From: an uncultured delta proteobacterium
GTDB taxonomy: Bacteria; Desulfobacterota; Binatia; Binatales; Binataceae
Direction of reading: 5' to 3'
NCBI GenBank assembly: GCA_963724765.1
Contig: CAVRVY010000004.1
Location: forward strand, 512,001-576,000
DNA length: 64,000 bases
Part shown: positions 41,959 to 52,494 of the stretch, piece after piece
How positions within the stretch are numbered: position 1 is the first letter of the stretch
Layout: every line of letters starts with the position of its first letter
Position numbers and translations under genes: made by a program
The notes under the pieces: generated by a model
Seen by the model: the letters and a program-made list of their open reading frames with translations, nothing else
Database searches by the model: none
What the model was told of the DNA's origin: nothing

Positions 41959-43506
41959 TCAGTTACGCCGCTCCCACCACACCACGATTCCCAGGATGAG
42001 CAGCAACTCGGGCAGCAACAGCACCGAGGCGACGAAAACGTTGTTGAACTGGTTGACGGTCAGGCTGATGCGCGATGCGTGCAGCGTGCGCGGGCGGATC
42101 GCGATGGTGGCGGTCTCGCCGGCCAGCCAATCGACCGTATTGAGGAAGAAGTCCTGGTTGAAAACCTGCGAGAGGCCCTGGTTATCGGCGAAATCGGTGT
42201 CGCCATAGACCACCAGCCGTCCCTCGCCGTTGCCCCACTTGAGCTTCTTGTTGTCGGAGTCGACCGCGTCCGCCACCGTAATCGGCCCCTTGCGATCCTT
42301 GGGTCCGGCCTTGAATTTCTGCTCCTTGAAGATCGCCTCGATTTCGGTCGCGGCGATCGAAGTATCGCTGGTCTGCGCCAGCGGCCAGGCCAGCAAGCCC
42401 GGCTTGGTATCCTTGTCCGGCTCTACCGAACGCACCATCGGCCACAGCGTGCGCTTGGTGAATCCACGGGTGATCGGATGTGGCGGGTAGAGTTCGACAA
42501 TCGGGCTCAGCCCCAGCGTCGGCCCGGCAAACAGATGCAGTTCCTGGTCGAGCACGATATCGTCGCCGACCGTGAGGCCCCACTGCGTGACCATGTTAAT
42601 AAGCGAGGTCTGCGCGTTGGGCTGGTCGGGCCTCTGCGGCCGCAGCATCACCAGCGCTCGCCCGCCATTTTTAAGAAAGCTGTCGATAGCATCGACCTCG
42701 GCCGGGAACAGCGGCTTCACCGGCCCGGCGACGATTACCACCACGCAGTTCGACGGCACCTTGGGCGTGGTCATCAGCGATAGCGGCTTAACGTCGTAGT
42801 TCTCGCCCGCCAGCGCCTGGGCGGCGCGGCCAAAGCCAGCGGTGTTGTCCGTGTCATCGATCGCGGGTTCTCCGTGACCCTGCAGGAAGCAGGCGCCTTT
42901 GGTGCTGCTGCTGGTGACCTTGATGATGCCGCTGGTGATCGCCTGCTCGGTCGCCTCGCTGACGTTGGTGCCCTGGTCGCCGTATTGAATATGCGTCGTG
43001 GGCATTCGCGTGACGTTGTAGCGCGTCGCGATCTCAGGATTCTTCTCGGGATCGATCAACTGAAAAGTGATCCTGGGCGTGGCGTAGGTGTACGACTCGA
43101 AGAGCGCCTCGGCCTGCGGGTCACGGCCGCCCTGGAAGAAGCCGTAAAGCCTGAGCGGACGCTTGAGCGTGCCCACCACCTTGACCGACTGCGGCGAGAG
43201 GCTGAACACGCGCTCGGAGGTGAGGTCGAAGCGGCGATGGTGCAGGGCCAGGATGTAATTGATCGCAATCAGCAGGCCGACGAAGCCGATCGAATAGACT
43301 ACCGCGTTGGCACCGTAGCGCGTGGCGCGATGGCCTATCAGGGTGCCCAGGGTTTCGCGGCTGGAGGTCGCCCATAGCACGATCGCCAGCACGCCCAGCA
43401 CCAGGTTGAACAGGAAGTACATCCGCGCGCCGGTCAGATAGGCCACCACCGCGAAGAACAGAAAGACCAGGCCGATCAGGCCGGCCGATGCCATGCTGCG
43501 TTGCAT
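41959..43506 (-). CDS. GldG-like ABC-associated protein
   Basis: RFDLT...FSLSPQS, IDPEKNP, QGHGE, GRLVVYGDTDF, N.DFFLN.VDWL, C-terminal TM + WWERR. Confidence 0.88.
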   Translation of the reverse strand: MQRSMASAGLIGLVFLFFAVVAYLTGARMYFLFNLVLGVLAIVLWATSSRETLGTLIGHRATRYGANAVVYSIGFVGLLIAINYILALHHRRFDLTSERVFSLSPQSVKVVGTLKRPLRLYGFFQGGRDPQAEALFESYTYATPRITFQLIDPEKNPEIATRYNVTRMPTTHIQYGDQGTNVSEATEQAITSGIIKVTSSSTKGACFLQGHGEPAIDDTDNTAGFGRAAQALAGENYDVKPLSLMTTPKVPSNCVVVIVAGPVKPLFPAEVDAIDSFLKNGGRALVMLRPQRPDQPNAQTSLINMVTQWGLTVGDDIVLDQELHLFAGPTLGLSPIVELYPPHPITRGFTKRTLWPMVRSVEPDKDTKPGLLAWPLAQTSDTSIAATEIEAIFKEQKFKAGPKDRKGPITVADAVDSDNKKLKWGNGEGRLVVYGDTDFADNQGLSQVFNQDFFLNTVDWLAGETATIAIRPRTLHASRISLTVNQFNNVFVASVLLLPELLLILGIVVWWERRN

Positions 43507-43524
43507 GCCGCGCTCCGCCCTACC

Positions 43525-44298
43525 CTACCGCCAACGCGCCGATTCGACCGAGCGCTGGGTCAGAAACAAGGCTACGAAGATCATGGTGCAGAAATAGACG
43601 ATGTCGCTGGTGTCGATCACGCCGCCCACCATCTGGCCGAAATGCTGCGGCAGCGAGAGGTAACGCAGCAGATCGCCGAGGATTCCGCCGCCCGTCTGCA
43701 GCGGCCACGAGATCACGTAGAGCAGCAGCAGGACGCCGAGGCAGCTTATCGCCGCGATGATCTGGTTTTGCGTCAGCGATGACGTGAACAGACCGATCGC
43801 CACGAAGCATACGCCCAGCAGCGCCAGCGCCACGTAGCCCGCGCCCATCACCCCGACCTCCGGATCGCCGAACACCATCAGGATGATCGGGAAGATCCAG
43901 ATGAGCGCGACCATGATCAGGATGAAGACCGCGGCGGCGATGAACTTGCCGGCGACGATTTCGCCGGTGCGGATCGGCGCGGTCAGCAGGAACTCGTAAG
44001 TGCCGGTGCGCTTTTCCTCCGCGAACGCGCGCATCGTGATCGCCGGCACCAGGATCACCATCACCACCGACATGTTGTGCAGCAGCGGCTCGATCACCCG
44101 GGCGTTGAGGTTGAGATGCTCCAACGCCTGCGCGTTCGACATCGCCGAATACACCTGCACCATCTCGCTGAACTGCTTGAGCAGCGCGAAGAAGAACCAT
44201 CCGGCCAACAGCACGAAGACCGTCAGCACCACGTAGGCGACGGGCTGCACGAAGTAACTCGACAGCTCCTTGCCCGCAATCGTCAGTGCGTTTCTCAT
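43525..44298 (-). CDS. ABC-2 permease (GldF-like)
   Basis: KELSSYF.QP.AY, PAITMRAFAEEKRTGT.E.LLTAP, SSLTQNQI. Confidence 0.9.
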   Translation of the reverse strand: MRNALTIAGKELSSYFVQPVAYVVLTVFVLLAGWFFFALLKQFSEMVQVYSAMSNAQALEHLNLNARVIEPLLHNMSVVMVILVPAITMRAFAEEKRTGTYEFLLTAPIRTGEIVAGKFIAAAVFILIMVALIWIFPIILMVFGDPEVGVMGAGYVALALLGVCFVAIGLFTSSLTQNQIIAAISCLGVLLLLYVISWPLQTGGGILGDLLRYLSLPQHFGQMVGGVIDTSDIVYFCTMIFVALFLTQRSVESARWR

Positions 44299-44340
44299 CG
44301 TTACTCAGCCGGGGCTCAATAGCTTGGCCATCAAGATGGC

Positions 44341-45108
44341 CTAGCCACGCCCCGCTCCAACCTCCTCGAGCGTCTCCTCCGCCTCCGCCACTTCGTGCCC
44401 TTCCTCTTTCGAGATGGCCTCCAGGAATACGTCTTCGAGCGATTTGCCGGCCGGCAGGCTGCCCAGGCTCTCCTCCAGCACCACGCGCCCGGCGTTGATG
44501 ATCACGACGCGGTCGCAAATCTGCGAAACCTCGGGCAGGATGTGGGTCGAGAGCACGATGGTGTGCTGGCCCGAAAGGCCGTGGATGAGCCCGCGGATCT
44601 CGTGAATCTGGCGCGGGTCGAGTCCGATGGTCGGTTCGTCGAGCACCAGCACCGGCGGATTGTGAATGATTGCCTGCGCGAGACCCACGCGCTGGCGATA
44701 GCCCTTGGAAAGCTGGCCGCAGATGCGATGGGCCATGTCGGCGAGGCCGCAAATCTTGAGCACGCGCTCGACGGCGTCGTCGACCTCCGAGCGGCGCAAT
44801 CCGCGCAACTTGGCGACGAAGCGCAGGTAGGCCTCCACGCGCATGTCGGAGTAGAGCGGCGGTGTCTCGGGCAGGTAGCCAATCCGCCGGCGCACTTCCA
44901 GCGACTGGGTGAAGATGTCCAGGCCGTCAACCAGTACGGTGCCGGCCGTCGCCGGCATGAAACCGGTGATGACCCGCATCGTAGTGGTTTTGCCGGCGCC
45001 GTTGGGGCCGAGGAAGCCCAGGATGGAGCCCTGTTCGGCCTTGAAGGACACGTCGCGCACGGCAACGAAGTCACCGTAGCGCTTGGTCAGGTTTTTTACC
45101 TCGATCAT
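44341..45108 (-). CDS. ABC transporter ATP-binding protein (GldA-like)
   Basis: GPNGAGKTT, LSKGYRQR, LDEPT.GLDP, STHILPEV. Confidence 0.93.
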   Translation of the reverse strand: MIEVKNLTKRYGDFVAVRDVSFKAEQGSILGFLGPNGAGKTTTMRVITGFMPATAGTVLVDGLDIFTQSLEVRRRIGYLPETPPLYSDMRVEAYLRFVAKLRGLRRSEVDDAVERVLKICGLADMAHRICGQLSKGYRQRVGLAQAIIHNPPVLVLDEPTIGLDPRQIHEIRGLIHGLSGQHTIVLSTHILPEVSQICDRVVIINAGRVVLEESLGSLPAGKSLEDVFLEAISKEEGHEVAEAEETLEEVGAGRG

Positions 45109-45325
45109 GCGGATCGCCTCGGCGGCAGCCGTTACACGGCCCCCAATCCTAACGCGTTTTGACGACGGAGAGCTCCCGAAGATTCAATTCTGCCCCGGCA
45201 AACAATCGATTAGTTAATCTGCGCGCATGCAAGCTGTCAATATTAGACATAAGCGAATGCAATTAGACATCGGCGCCGCGCAGCGGTTTTGCTTTGACGG
45301 CGGCTTGGGATAGTTTCACACGCCG

Positions 45326-48058
45326 ATGGCTGAGGAACGGCCGACACTCTATCTGATCGACGGCTCGGGGTATATCTTCCGCGCGTTCTTCGCCCTGCCG
45401 CAGCTCAACAATTCGCGCGGGTTGCCCACCAACGCCGTCTACGGCTTTATCCGGATGCTCCTCAAGCTGCTCAAGGAGGAGCGGCCCAGGCATATCGCCG
45501 TGGTCTTCGATTCGCCGCGCAAGACCTTCCGCGACGACCTCTTCGAGTCCTACAAGGCCAACCGGGTCGAGGCGCCCAACGATCTGACCGTGCAGATCCC
45601 GTATATCCTGCGCGCGGTCGAGGCCTTTCGCATCAAGAGCCTGGTGCTCGAAGGCTTCGAGGCCGACGACGTTATCGGCACCCTGGCCGCGCGCGCCGCG
45701 GCTAAGCGCTTCGAGACCGTGATCGTCACCGAGGATAAGGACTTCATGCAACTGGTCGGGCCGCACGTGACCCTGTGGAACACGATGCGTGACCGGCGCG
45801 TCGACGCGCGCGAAGTGCGTGCGCGGCTTGGCGTCGATCCTTCCGCGGTGGTCGACGTGATGGCGCTGATGGGCGATTCGATCGACAACGTCAAGGGCGT
45901 CCCCGGTATCGGCGAGAAAACCGCGACCGCGCTGATCAAGCACTTCGGTTCGCTCGACAAGCTCTACGCCAACCTCGCCGAGGTCGAAACGATCGCGGGC
46001 CTGCGCGGGGCGAAAAGAATCGCGGCGCTGCTGGCGGAGCATCGCGCCAGCGCCGAACTTGCCCGCAAGCTCGTCAGTATCGATACCGCCGCGCCGGTCG
46101 AGGCCGACGTGAACGCGCTCGACTGGCCGGGCATCGACCAGCGCGCGGTGAGCGAACTGCTGCGCGAGCTCGAGTTCCATTCCCTGCTCAACGAACTGAC
46201 TCCGGCTCAAGCCACGCTGCCGACGGGCGGCGCGCAAAACCGCGAGCACCAGGTCGAAAGCGGCGCGGTGGCCGCGCTGGTCGCGCGTCTGGCGCGCGCG
46301 CCGCGCCTCGCCCTTCATCTGGAGGACGGCGAGGCTCGCTCCGATGCTCCCGCGGATGAATCGGACACTGACGGATCGCGCGAACCCAACGGCTCGTTGG
46401 ACTTCAACGTCGGCGCCAAAGCCGGTGACAACGCGAAAGCGAGCGGGCGGGCAAGCTCCGCCGACAGCGCGCGTCTCAAGCTCGGCGCCGAGGGCGAAAG
46501 TGAAACTTACGTCCTGCCGGGTGCGAGTATCGCGGCGGCGGCGGCGCTACTCGGCGCGGCCACTCCGCCCAAGAGCGTCCACGATCTGAAGGAGCATCTG
46601 CGGCGCTTGAAGAGCGGCTACGGCGTCGAGCTTGCGGGCGTCGACTTCGACACGATGCTGGCCGGGTTCCTGGTCAACCCGGGACGCTCCGAACCGTCGC
46701 TCATCGATCTCTACCACGACTACCTGGCGCCGCTTGGCGGCAGTCGCGAGCCCGGCTCCGAACCGCAACTGATCGCGGCGCTGCGTAAGGCGTTGATGCC
46801 GAAGCTGGCGGAGAACCATCTCGAGTCGCTGTTCGGCGATATCGAACTGCCGGTCGCGCGCATCCTGGCCGAGATGGAAGAGACGGGAATCGCAGTCGAC
46901 GGCGAGGCGCTCAAAGCGATCTCGGCCGAGCTGGGCGCGAAGCTAGGGCGCATGGAACAGAATTGCTATCTGCTGGCCGGCCGCCAGTTCAACCTCAACT
47001 CGCCCATTCAATTGCGCCAAGTGCTCTTCGACGACCTCAAGCTCTCGGCCAAGGGACTCAAGAAAACCAAGGGCGGTTTCTCGACCGACGCCGACACGCT
47101 GGAGAAGCTCGCCGCGGTCCATCCACTGCCGCGCCAACTGCTCGAGTACCGCGCGATCGCGAAGCTCAAATCGACCTATAGCGACGCGCTGCCGCAACTG
47201 ATTGACCCGGCGACCGGGCGGCTCCATACCTCGTTCCATCAGGCGCTGACGGCGACCGGCCGGCTGAGCTCCACCGAGCCGAACCTGCAGAACATCCCCA
47301 CCCGCACCGAGGAGGGCCGCCGCATCCGGCGCGCCTTCGTCGCCGCCCCGGGATGCCTGATGCTCTCGGCCGATTACTCGCAAATCGAGTTGCGCGTGCT
47401 GGCCCATCTGTCCGGTGACCCAACCCTCATCGATGCTTTTCGCCGCGGCGAGGACATCCATGCCCACACCGCCGCCGAGGTGTTGGGCCGCCGGCCCGAC
47501 GAGGTCGACGCCGAGGCGCGGCGATTGGCCAAGGTAATCAACTTCGGAATCATCTATGGAATGGGTCCGCAGCGGCTGGCGGGTGAGCTTGGAATCAGCC
47601 TCAAGGAGGCTTCCGAATACATAAAGCGCTACTTCGAGCGGCTCCCCGGCGTTCATGCTTATCTGGAGGAGTCACTGGCGCAGGCGCGCGAGCGGGGATG
47701 GGTCGCCACGATGTATGGGCGGCGGCGCTACCTGCCCGAGCTGAACTCGCCGCAGGGCGGTGCACGGGCGCAGGCGGAGCGAATAGCCGTCAATACGCCG
47801 CTTCAGGGGACGGCTGCCGACCTCATCAAGTTGGCCATGATCCGCCTGGATGCGACGATTAAAAAGCAAAAATGGACGGCACGGATGCTCCTGCAGGTGC
47901 ATGACGAGCTGCTCCTGGAGCTCCCGCACGCCGAGCGCGAGCCGGTATCGGAGGCGGCCCGGCGCGAGATGGAAGGGGTGGCGGAGCTGCGTGTTCCGCT
48001 CAAGGTTGAGCTCAAATGGGGTCCCAACTGGGCCGAGCTGGAGGGCCGTCGAGGATAA
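45326..48058 (+). CDS. polA: DNA polymerase I
   Basis: 5' nuclease IDGS..FRAFFA, EADD, GDSIDN.KGVPGIGEKTA; polymerase TGRLSS..PNLQNIP, DYSQIELR, KVINFGIIYG, QVHDEL. Confidence 0.97.
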   Translation: MAEERPTLYLIDGSGYIFRAFFALPQLNNSRGLPTNAVYGFIRMLLKLLKEERPRHIAVVFDSPRKTFRDDLFESYKANRVEAPNDLTVQIPYILRAVEAFRIKSLVLEGFEADDVIGTLAARAAAKRFETVIVTEDKDFMQLVGPHVTLWNTMRDRRVDAREVRARLGVDPSAVVDVMALMGDSIDNVKGVPGIGEKTATALIKHFGSLDKLYANLAEVETIAGLRGAKRIAALLAEHRASAELARKLVSIDTAAPVEADVNALDWPGIDQRAVSELLRELEFHSLLNELTPAQATLPTGGAQNREHQVESGAVAALVARLARAPRLALHLEDGEARSDAPADESDTDGSREPNGSLDFNVGAKAGDNAKASGRASSADSARLKLGAEGESETYVLPGASIAAAAALLGAATPPKSVHDLKEHLRRLKSGYGVELAGVDFDTMLAGFLVNPGRSEPSLIDLYHDYLAPLGGSREPGSEPQLIAALRKALMPKLAENHLESLFGDIELPVARILAEMEETGIAVDGEALKAISAELGAKLGRMEQNCYLLAGRQFNLNSPIQLRQVLFDDLKLSAKGLKKTKGGFSTDADTLEKLAAVHPLPRQLLEYRAIAKLKSTYSDALPQLIDPATGRLHTSFHQALTATGRLSSTEPNLQNIPTRTEEGRRIRRAFVAAPGCLMLSADYSQIELRVLAHLSGDPTLIDAFRRGEDIHAHTAAEVLGRRPDEVDAEARRLAKVINFGIIYGMGPQRLAGELGISLKEASEYIKRYFERLPGVHAYLEESLAQARERGWVATMYGRRRYLPELNSPQGGARAQAERIAVNTPLQGTAADLIKLAMIRLDATIKKQKWTARMLLQVHDELLLELPHAEREPVSEAARREMEGVAELRVPLKVELKWGPNWAELEGRRG

Positions 48059-48070
48059 TCGGCCTGAATT

Positions 48071-48676
48071 TTGCCCGATCCACCCGCGTCTAACCCATTG
48101 AACAAGCCAAACCGCCAGGACGGGGACGAAGCCGAGCTCATCGAGCGGGCGAAAACGGGGGATACGAGGGCGTTTGGCATTTTGGTCGAGCGGTACCAGC
48201 GACGGGTTTTCGGCGTCGCGATGGCGGTGGTCCATAATCAGGAAGATGCGCTCGAACTGGCTCAGGAGAGCTTCGTACGTGCCTTTGAAAACATCGGCAA
48301 ATTCGAGTCGCGCTCGAGCTTCTCGACCTGGCTATACCGGATTGCGGCCAACATCGCGATCGACTTTCGCCGCAGCGAGCGACGCCATCCGACGATCCGC
48401 GGAGAGGAAGCCGAAACCGAGATCGAGCGGCTGCCGAGCAAACTCGGCGACTCGTTCAAGGAAACGCAACGCAGCGAGATGGCTCAGCGCATCAAGGACG
48501 CGCTCGAACAGTTGACGCCGGAACATCGGGCCGCGATACTCCTACGGGAAGTTGAAGGCCTGTCGTACGATGAAATAAGCGAAGTGCTGCAATGCCCGCG
48601 AGGAACCGTGATGAGCCGGTTGCACTATGCCCGCAACCACCTGCGCGAAATTCTCAAGGATTTGGCCGAGGACTAA
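48071..48676 (+). CDS. ECF RNA polymerase sigma factor (start may be TTG 48098)
   Basis: DALELAQESF, FSTWLYRIA.N, LREVEGLSYDEI..GTVMSRL. Confidence 0.92.
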   Translation: MPDPPASNPLNKPNRQDGDEAELIERAKTGDTRAFGILVERYQRRVFGVAMAVVHNQEDALELAQESFVRAFENIGKFESRSSFSTWLYRIAANIAIDFRRSERRHPTIRGEEAETEIERLPSKLGDSFKETQRSEMAQRIKDALEQLTPEHRAAILLREVEGLSYDEISEVLQCPRGTVMSRLHYARNHLREILKDLAED

Positions 48677-48720
48677 GACAAGGCTAAGGCAGGATAAAGG
48701 CACTAAAGGTTCCCATCACC

Positions 48721-49314
48721 ATGGCTCCAGATTTTACGGCTCAATGCGACGAGATCGCCCCGCTTCTGGGGCCCTTTCAAGATGGCGAACTGCGGCCGCA
48801 CTTGATGAAGGAAGTCGCCCGCCATCTCGCAAGCTGCACGAGTTGTGAAGAAACCCTGGCCGGCTATTCAAGGTTAGGCGCAATCCTGCGCGAGACCGCC
48901 CCGGAGCCGGCGCTTGACGGCTTCGCGATGGCCGTGCAGGCGCGTATCGAGCAACTGCGCCCGCCGCTGCGAGTCCGCCTTGGCCGCTGGTTCGAGACCC
49001 AGCGCGAGCGTTTCGGCAATGGCCTCGCCGTGGCGTCCGCGATGGCGTTCGCGGCGATACTGACGGTCATCATTACCACCCCGTTCGCCCGCAACATGGT
49101 CGGCGCGGGAGACCACGCCGCGCAGGTGGCGGTGCGCGACGCACGCATGCTCGCACGCGATACCGCCAAGTCCTCTGGAGCGCTGGCTTCCGCCGCGAGC
49201 GGCGAGCCAGGCACGATAATCTCGAAGCTTGAGACCTCCAACCCCGACGTCGCCGTATGGAGCGAGCCAAGCCAGGACACCACGGTCATCTGGCTGCCCG
49301 ATCGACAACCCTGA
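48721..49314 (+). CDS. Anti-sigma factor (zf-HC2 + TM)
   Basis: DGEL..HLASCTSC zinc motif, single TM, directly after the ECF sigma. Confidence 0.85.
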   Translation: MAPDFTAQCDEIAPLLGPFQDGELRPHLMKEVARHLASCTSCEETLAGYSRLGAILRETAPEPALDGFAMAVQARIEQLRPPLRVRLGRWFETQRERFGNGLAVASAMAFAAILTVIITTPFARNMVGAGDHAAQVAVRDARMLARDTAKSSGALASAASGEPGTIISKLETSNPDVAVWSEPSQDTTVIWLPDRQP

Positions 49315-49316
49315 CT

Positions 49317-50066
49317 ATGCATCGTTTGACGATTTCTTCACTGACCACGCTTCTCGTGGTGCTGGTCGCGATGGGGGCTCAGGCGCAGCCCACCCCGACC
49401 GCCCAGCCGCAAGCGCCCCAGGCGCCGAAGGCATCAAACGACCACGCCGCCGCCGCTGCGGCGCACGCCGAGCAAGCCAAGGCCGCGATGCGTCATCGGG
49501 TGATCCTGGTGCGCGTCGACGAGGTGATCGCGGCGGATACGGGCGAGGGGATCGATCAGCGGCTGCTGCCGATGGGCCTGCGGCTGGAGTCACTGTTCCG
49601 CTACACGACTTACCGCCTCATCAGCCACCAGGTCGACCAAACCGAGTGCGGACGGACGGCCGCGTTTACGCTGCCGGGCGGATGGATCGTACACGTCGAC
49701 CCGAGCGCCGTGCGCAACAACATGATCGCGATGGAGCTGATGCTGTTTCAGGGCGCGCGGCCGATGATGACCACCGATATCCGGATGCGCAATCACGGCA
49801 TGCTGATCATCGGCGGCCCACGCTATCAGCAGGGGATGCTGATAATTCCGATCGGCGCCGATGCGCCCGAATTGGCGATGCCGTCCGCGCCAATACCGAT
49901 TAGTCCTGAAGGAACGATACCCGAGATGACCCCGCTTGGTGCGGGCGCTCCCGACGCTGCCGACGCGGGTTCTCCCGATGGAGACTCTCTCGACGCGGGC
50001 GCTCCCGGCATTCCCGAAGCAAGCGCTCCGGAAGACGCTCCACCGCCCAGCGCCCCCAATCCATAG
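49317..50066 (+). CDS. Secreted hypothetical protein of the ECF operon
   Basis: Signal peptide (..GAQA), globular core, Pro/acidic tail; starts 2 nt after the anti-sigma stop. Confidence 0.7.
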   Translation: MHRLTISSLTTLLVVLVAMGAQAQPTPTAQPQAPQAPKASNDHAAAAAAHAEQAKAAMRHRVILVRVDEVIAADTGEGIDQRLLPMGLRLESLFRYTTYRLISHQVDQTECGRTAAFTLPGGWIVHVDPSAVRNNMIAMELMLFQGARPMMTTDIRMRNHGMLIIGGPRYQQGMLIIPIGADAPELAMPSAPIPISPEGTIPEMTPLGAGAPDAADAGSPDGDSLDAGAPGIPEASAPEDAPPPSAPNP

Positions 50067-50125
50067 GAGCTGTTACGCGGCGCGAGGCAACGGCGAGGCA
50101 ATGAATGACGCGCCGCATAATGGGA

Positions 50126-50241
50126 CCCTTACCCTACCCTGTCCTGCGAATAATCGCGGGCGAGGGCATCATAAAGATCGCGGACAAGAACGAAGCGTGA
50201 GCTCTTTTCTGCGCCCTCGCCCGCATCATTGCGGGAGAGGG
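50126..50241. repeat. Intergenic REP-like palindrome pair
   Basis: CCCTTACCCTACCCTGTCCTGCGA..TCGCGGGCGAGGG and CCCTCGCCCGCA..TGCGGGAGAGGG between convergent genes. Confidence 0.75.
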
Positions 50242-50257
50242 TGTAACGCGCGCGCGT

Positions 50258-51025
50258 CTAGCGCGGTGCCATCCGCAGCGCGCCGTCGAGCCGGATCGTC
50301 TCGCCATTGAGCATCGTGTTCTCAACGATATGCCGCGCGAGCGCCGCGTATTCGCTCGGCCGTCCCAAGCGCGACGGAAACGGGATCGACGCCTCGAGCG
50401 CCTTACGCGCCGGCTCCGGCAACAGACCGAGCATCGGGGTCTCGAAAATTCCCGGCGCGATGGTGCACACCCGGATGCCGAGCGAGGCCAGGTCGCGCGC
50501 GACCGGCAGCGTCAGGCTGACGACGCCGCCCTTGGAGGCCGCGTAAGCCGCCTGCCCAATCTGGCCGTCGTACGCCGCGACCGAAGCGGTGTTGATGATG
50601 ACGCCGCGCTCGCCTTCGCTGTTGGGCTGATTCTTCGCCATCCGCGCCGCCGCAATCCGGATCGTGTTGAAGGTCCCGACCAGGTTTATCTGGATCACCT
50701 TGTTGAATAACTCAAGCGAGTGCGGGCCGTCCTTCGCGAGCGTGCGCGACGCGCGTCCGATGCCGGCGCAGTTGACCGCGATATGCACGGTGGCGAAATG
50801 CTCCGCCGCTTTCGCGACCGCCGCCTCGACCTCGGGGCCCGAAGTGACGTCGGCAGCGACGAACAGCCCCTTGGCGCCGAAGCCCTCGGCAACCTTCGCG
50901 CCGGGCGACGACGGCAGATCGAGAATCGCGACCTTCGCGCCGCGTTCGGCGAATTCCTGCGCGGTCGCCGCGCCCAGTCCCGAACCGCCGCCGGTAACGA
51001 TTGCCACTGCTTCTTTGAGATTCAT
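50258..51025 (-). CDS. 3-hydroxyacyl-CoA dehydrogenase type II (HSD10-like SDR)
   Basis: [51 protein letters not shown]. Confidence 0.93.
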   Translation of the reverse strand: MNLKEAVAIVTGGGSGLGAATAQEFAERGAKVAILDLPSSPGAKVAEGFGAKGLFVAADVTSGPEVEAAVAKAAEHFATVHIAVNCAGIGRASRTLAKDGPHSLELFNKVIQINLVGTFNTIRIAAARMAKNQPNSEGERGVIINTASVAAYDGQIGQAAYAASKGGVVSLTLPVARDLASLGIRVCTIAPGIFETPMLGLLPEPARKALEASIPFPSRLGRPSEYAALARHIVENTMLNGETIRLDGALRMAPR

Positions 51026-51101
51026 CCGGACCTCCGAATCGATGCGCCTTCTCGTCCGCGGCGAATCGTAGCTTAGCAGGCCCGCGCCGCGCCACCGGAA
51101 C

Positions 51102-51137
51102 AAAACGGGGCGCCGGATCGAACGCTCCGGCGCCCCG
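51102..51137 (-). terminator. Rho-independent terminator after the LLM gene
   Basis: 12-bp stem CGGGGCGCCGGA/TCCGGCGCCCCG followed by TTTT on the minus strand. Confidence 0.75.
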
Positions 51138-51159
51138 CCAACTACATGCCCCGGCCGCT

Positions 51160-52392
51160 CTATCTATAGTGCGGCATGATCTTCTCGCCGAACGTCCGCA
51201 ACTGGTCCTTCATCACGTCCATCGGAATCATCCCCTGATCGAAGTTCCAGCAGAAGTATTCCGGATTGGCCGCCTCCACCAGCGCGTCCATCTTGCGCCG
51301 GACGTCGGACTCCGATCCCATGAACAGGTAGTGCGCTCGATCCATCCGATCGACGGTCCATTCGCTCTGCGGCACCATGGCCTTGCCGCGCGGCCACTTC
51401 TCCTCGTCGCCGGGCAGCCGGAAGGCCTCGAAGAATCCGAAGTGGCCCCAGAATTTGCCGAAGCCGACCCCGGCGGTGCCCATTTCGGCCAGCCGATAGG
51501 TCTCCTCTTTGTTCTGCCCGAAGTAGATCTGGCGGAGCACGCCAATACGCTGGCCTAACTCGAGCTTGCGGCCGGCCTTGGCCGATTCGGTCTGGAAGAG
51601 CTTCGCCACCCGCGCCATCGCGTCGGGATGCGTAATCAGGGTCATCGGGATGATGCCCTGCTTGGCGCACCACACTATCGTTTCATCGCTGACCGAGAAG
51701 GCCTGGAAGAGCGGCGGATGCGGCCGTTGGTAGGGCTTCGGCACGACGAAAATCTTCCTGACCTTGCCGTCCACGATCTCGCCCGGCGCGCCGTATTGTT
51801 CGGTCCACTGATGCGGCGGCCAAGGCGTACCGGTCTCGTACGGATATGGGTATTCGTAATACTCGCCCTTGAAGGAGAACGGCTCGTCGCCCCACGCCAG
51901 CTTGAGGATCTGGAAGACCTCCTCGAACACCTTGCGATTGGTCTTGTCGATCTCGGACTGGTCGGAGGTGGTGGCCGAGACGTGCAGCTTCTGCCCCATC
52001 TGGTTGAGCCATCGATGCTGGTAGCCACGCGCGAAGCCGACGAAGGTGCGTCCCTTGGTGAACTGGTCGAGCCATCCGATTTCGATCGCCAGGCGCAGCG
52101 GGTTCCATCCCGGCAGCACGTAGCCGATAGGGCCGACGCGCAGATGGTTGGTGTTCATCGCGACATACAGATGCAGTTGAGGCACGCTGCCAACCTCGAG
52201 CCCCTCGGTGTGCAGATGGTGTTCGGGAAAGGCGACCATCTCGACGCCAAGGTCCTCGGCCATGCGGGCGAACTCGACGATCTGCTTGAGCATCATCTGC
52301 CAGCGCTCGTTGTGCGCGGCAATTGGACGCAACCGCTCGCGCTCCTCAAGCGTGCCGGGAACCGTGGGCAGCATCAGAAGTCCGAATCTCAT
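51160..52392 (-). CDS. LLM-class flavin-dependent oxidoreductase
   Basis: [36 protein letters not shown]. Confidence 0.9.
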   Translation of the reverse strand: MRFGLLMLPTVPGTLEERERLRPIAAHNERWQMMLKQIVEFARMAEDLGVEMVAFPEHHLHTEGLEVGSVPQLHLYVAMNTNHLRVGPIGYVLPGWNPLRLAIEIGWLDQFTKGRTFVGFARGYQHRWLNQMGQKLHVSATTSDQSEIDKTNRKVFEEVFQILKLAWGDEPFSFKGEYYEYPYPYETGTPWPPHQWTEQYGAPGEIVDGKVRKIFVVPKPYQRPHPPLFQAFSVSDETIVWCAKQGIIPMTLITHPDAMARVAKLFQTESAKAGRKLELGQRIGVLRQIYFGQNKEETYRLAEMGTAGVGFGKFWGHFGFFEAFRLPGDEEKWPRGKAMVPQSEWTVDRMDRAHYLFMGSESDVRRKMDALVEAANPEYFCWNFDQGMIPMDVMKDQLRTFGEKIMPHYR

Positions 52393-52494
52393 GCTCGACT
52401 CCCCTTCGCCTGGCGGTCGCCAGGCTATGTTATGGCGCTTACCCGATCCTAGCGCTCCGCCATGCAATCGCAAGCGCCCCGGCGGCGCGCTCCG

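Noticed and set aside
40717-42783. 688-aa plus-strand ORF (and similar long ORFs at 12047-13237, 10213-11262, 27894-29084)
   Set aside because: Antisense shadows of well-supported genes, expected with high GC3; no recognisable motifs.
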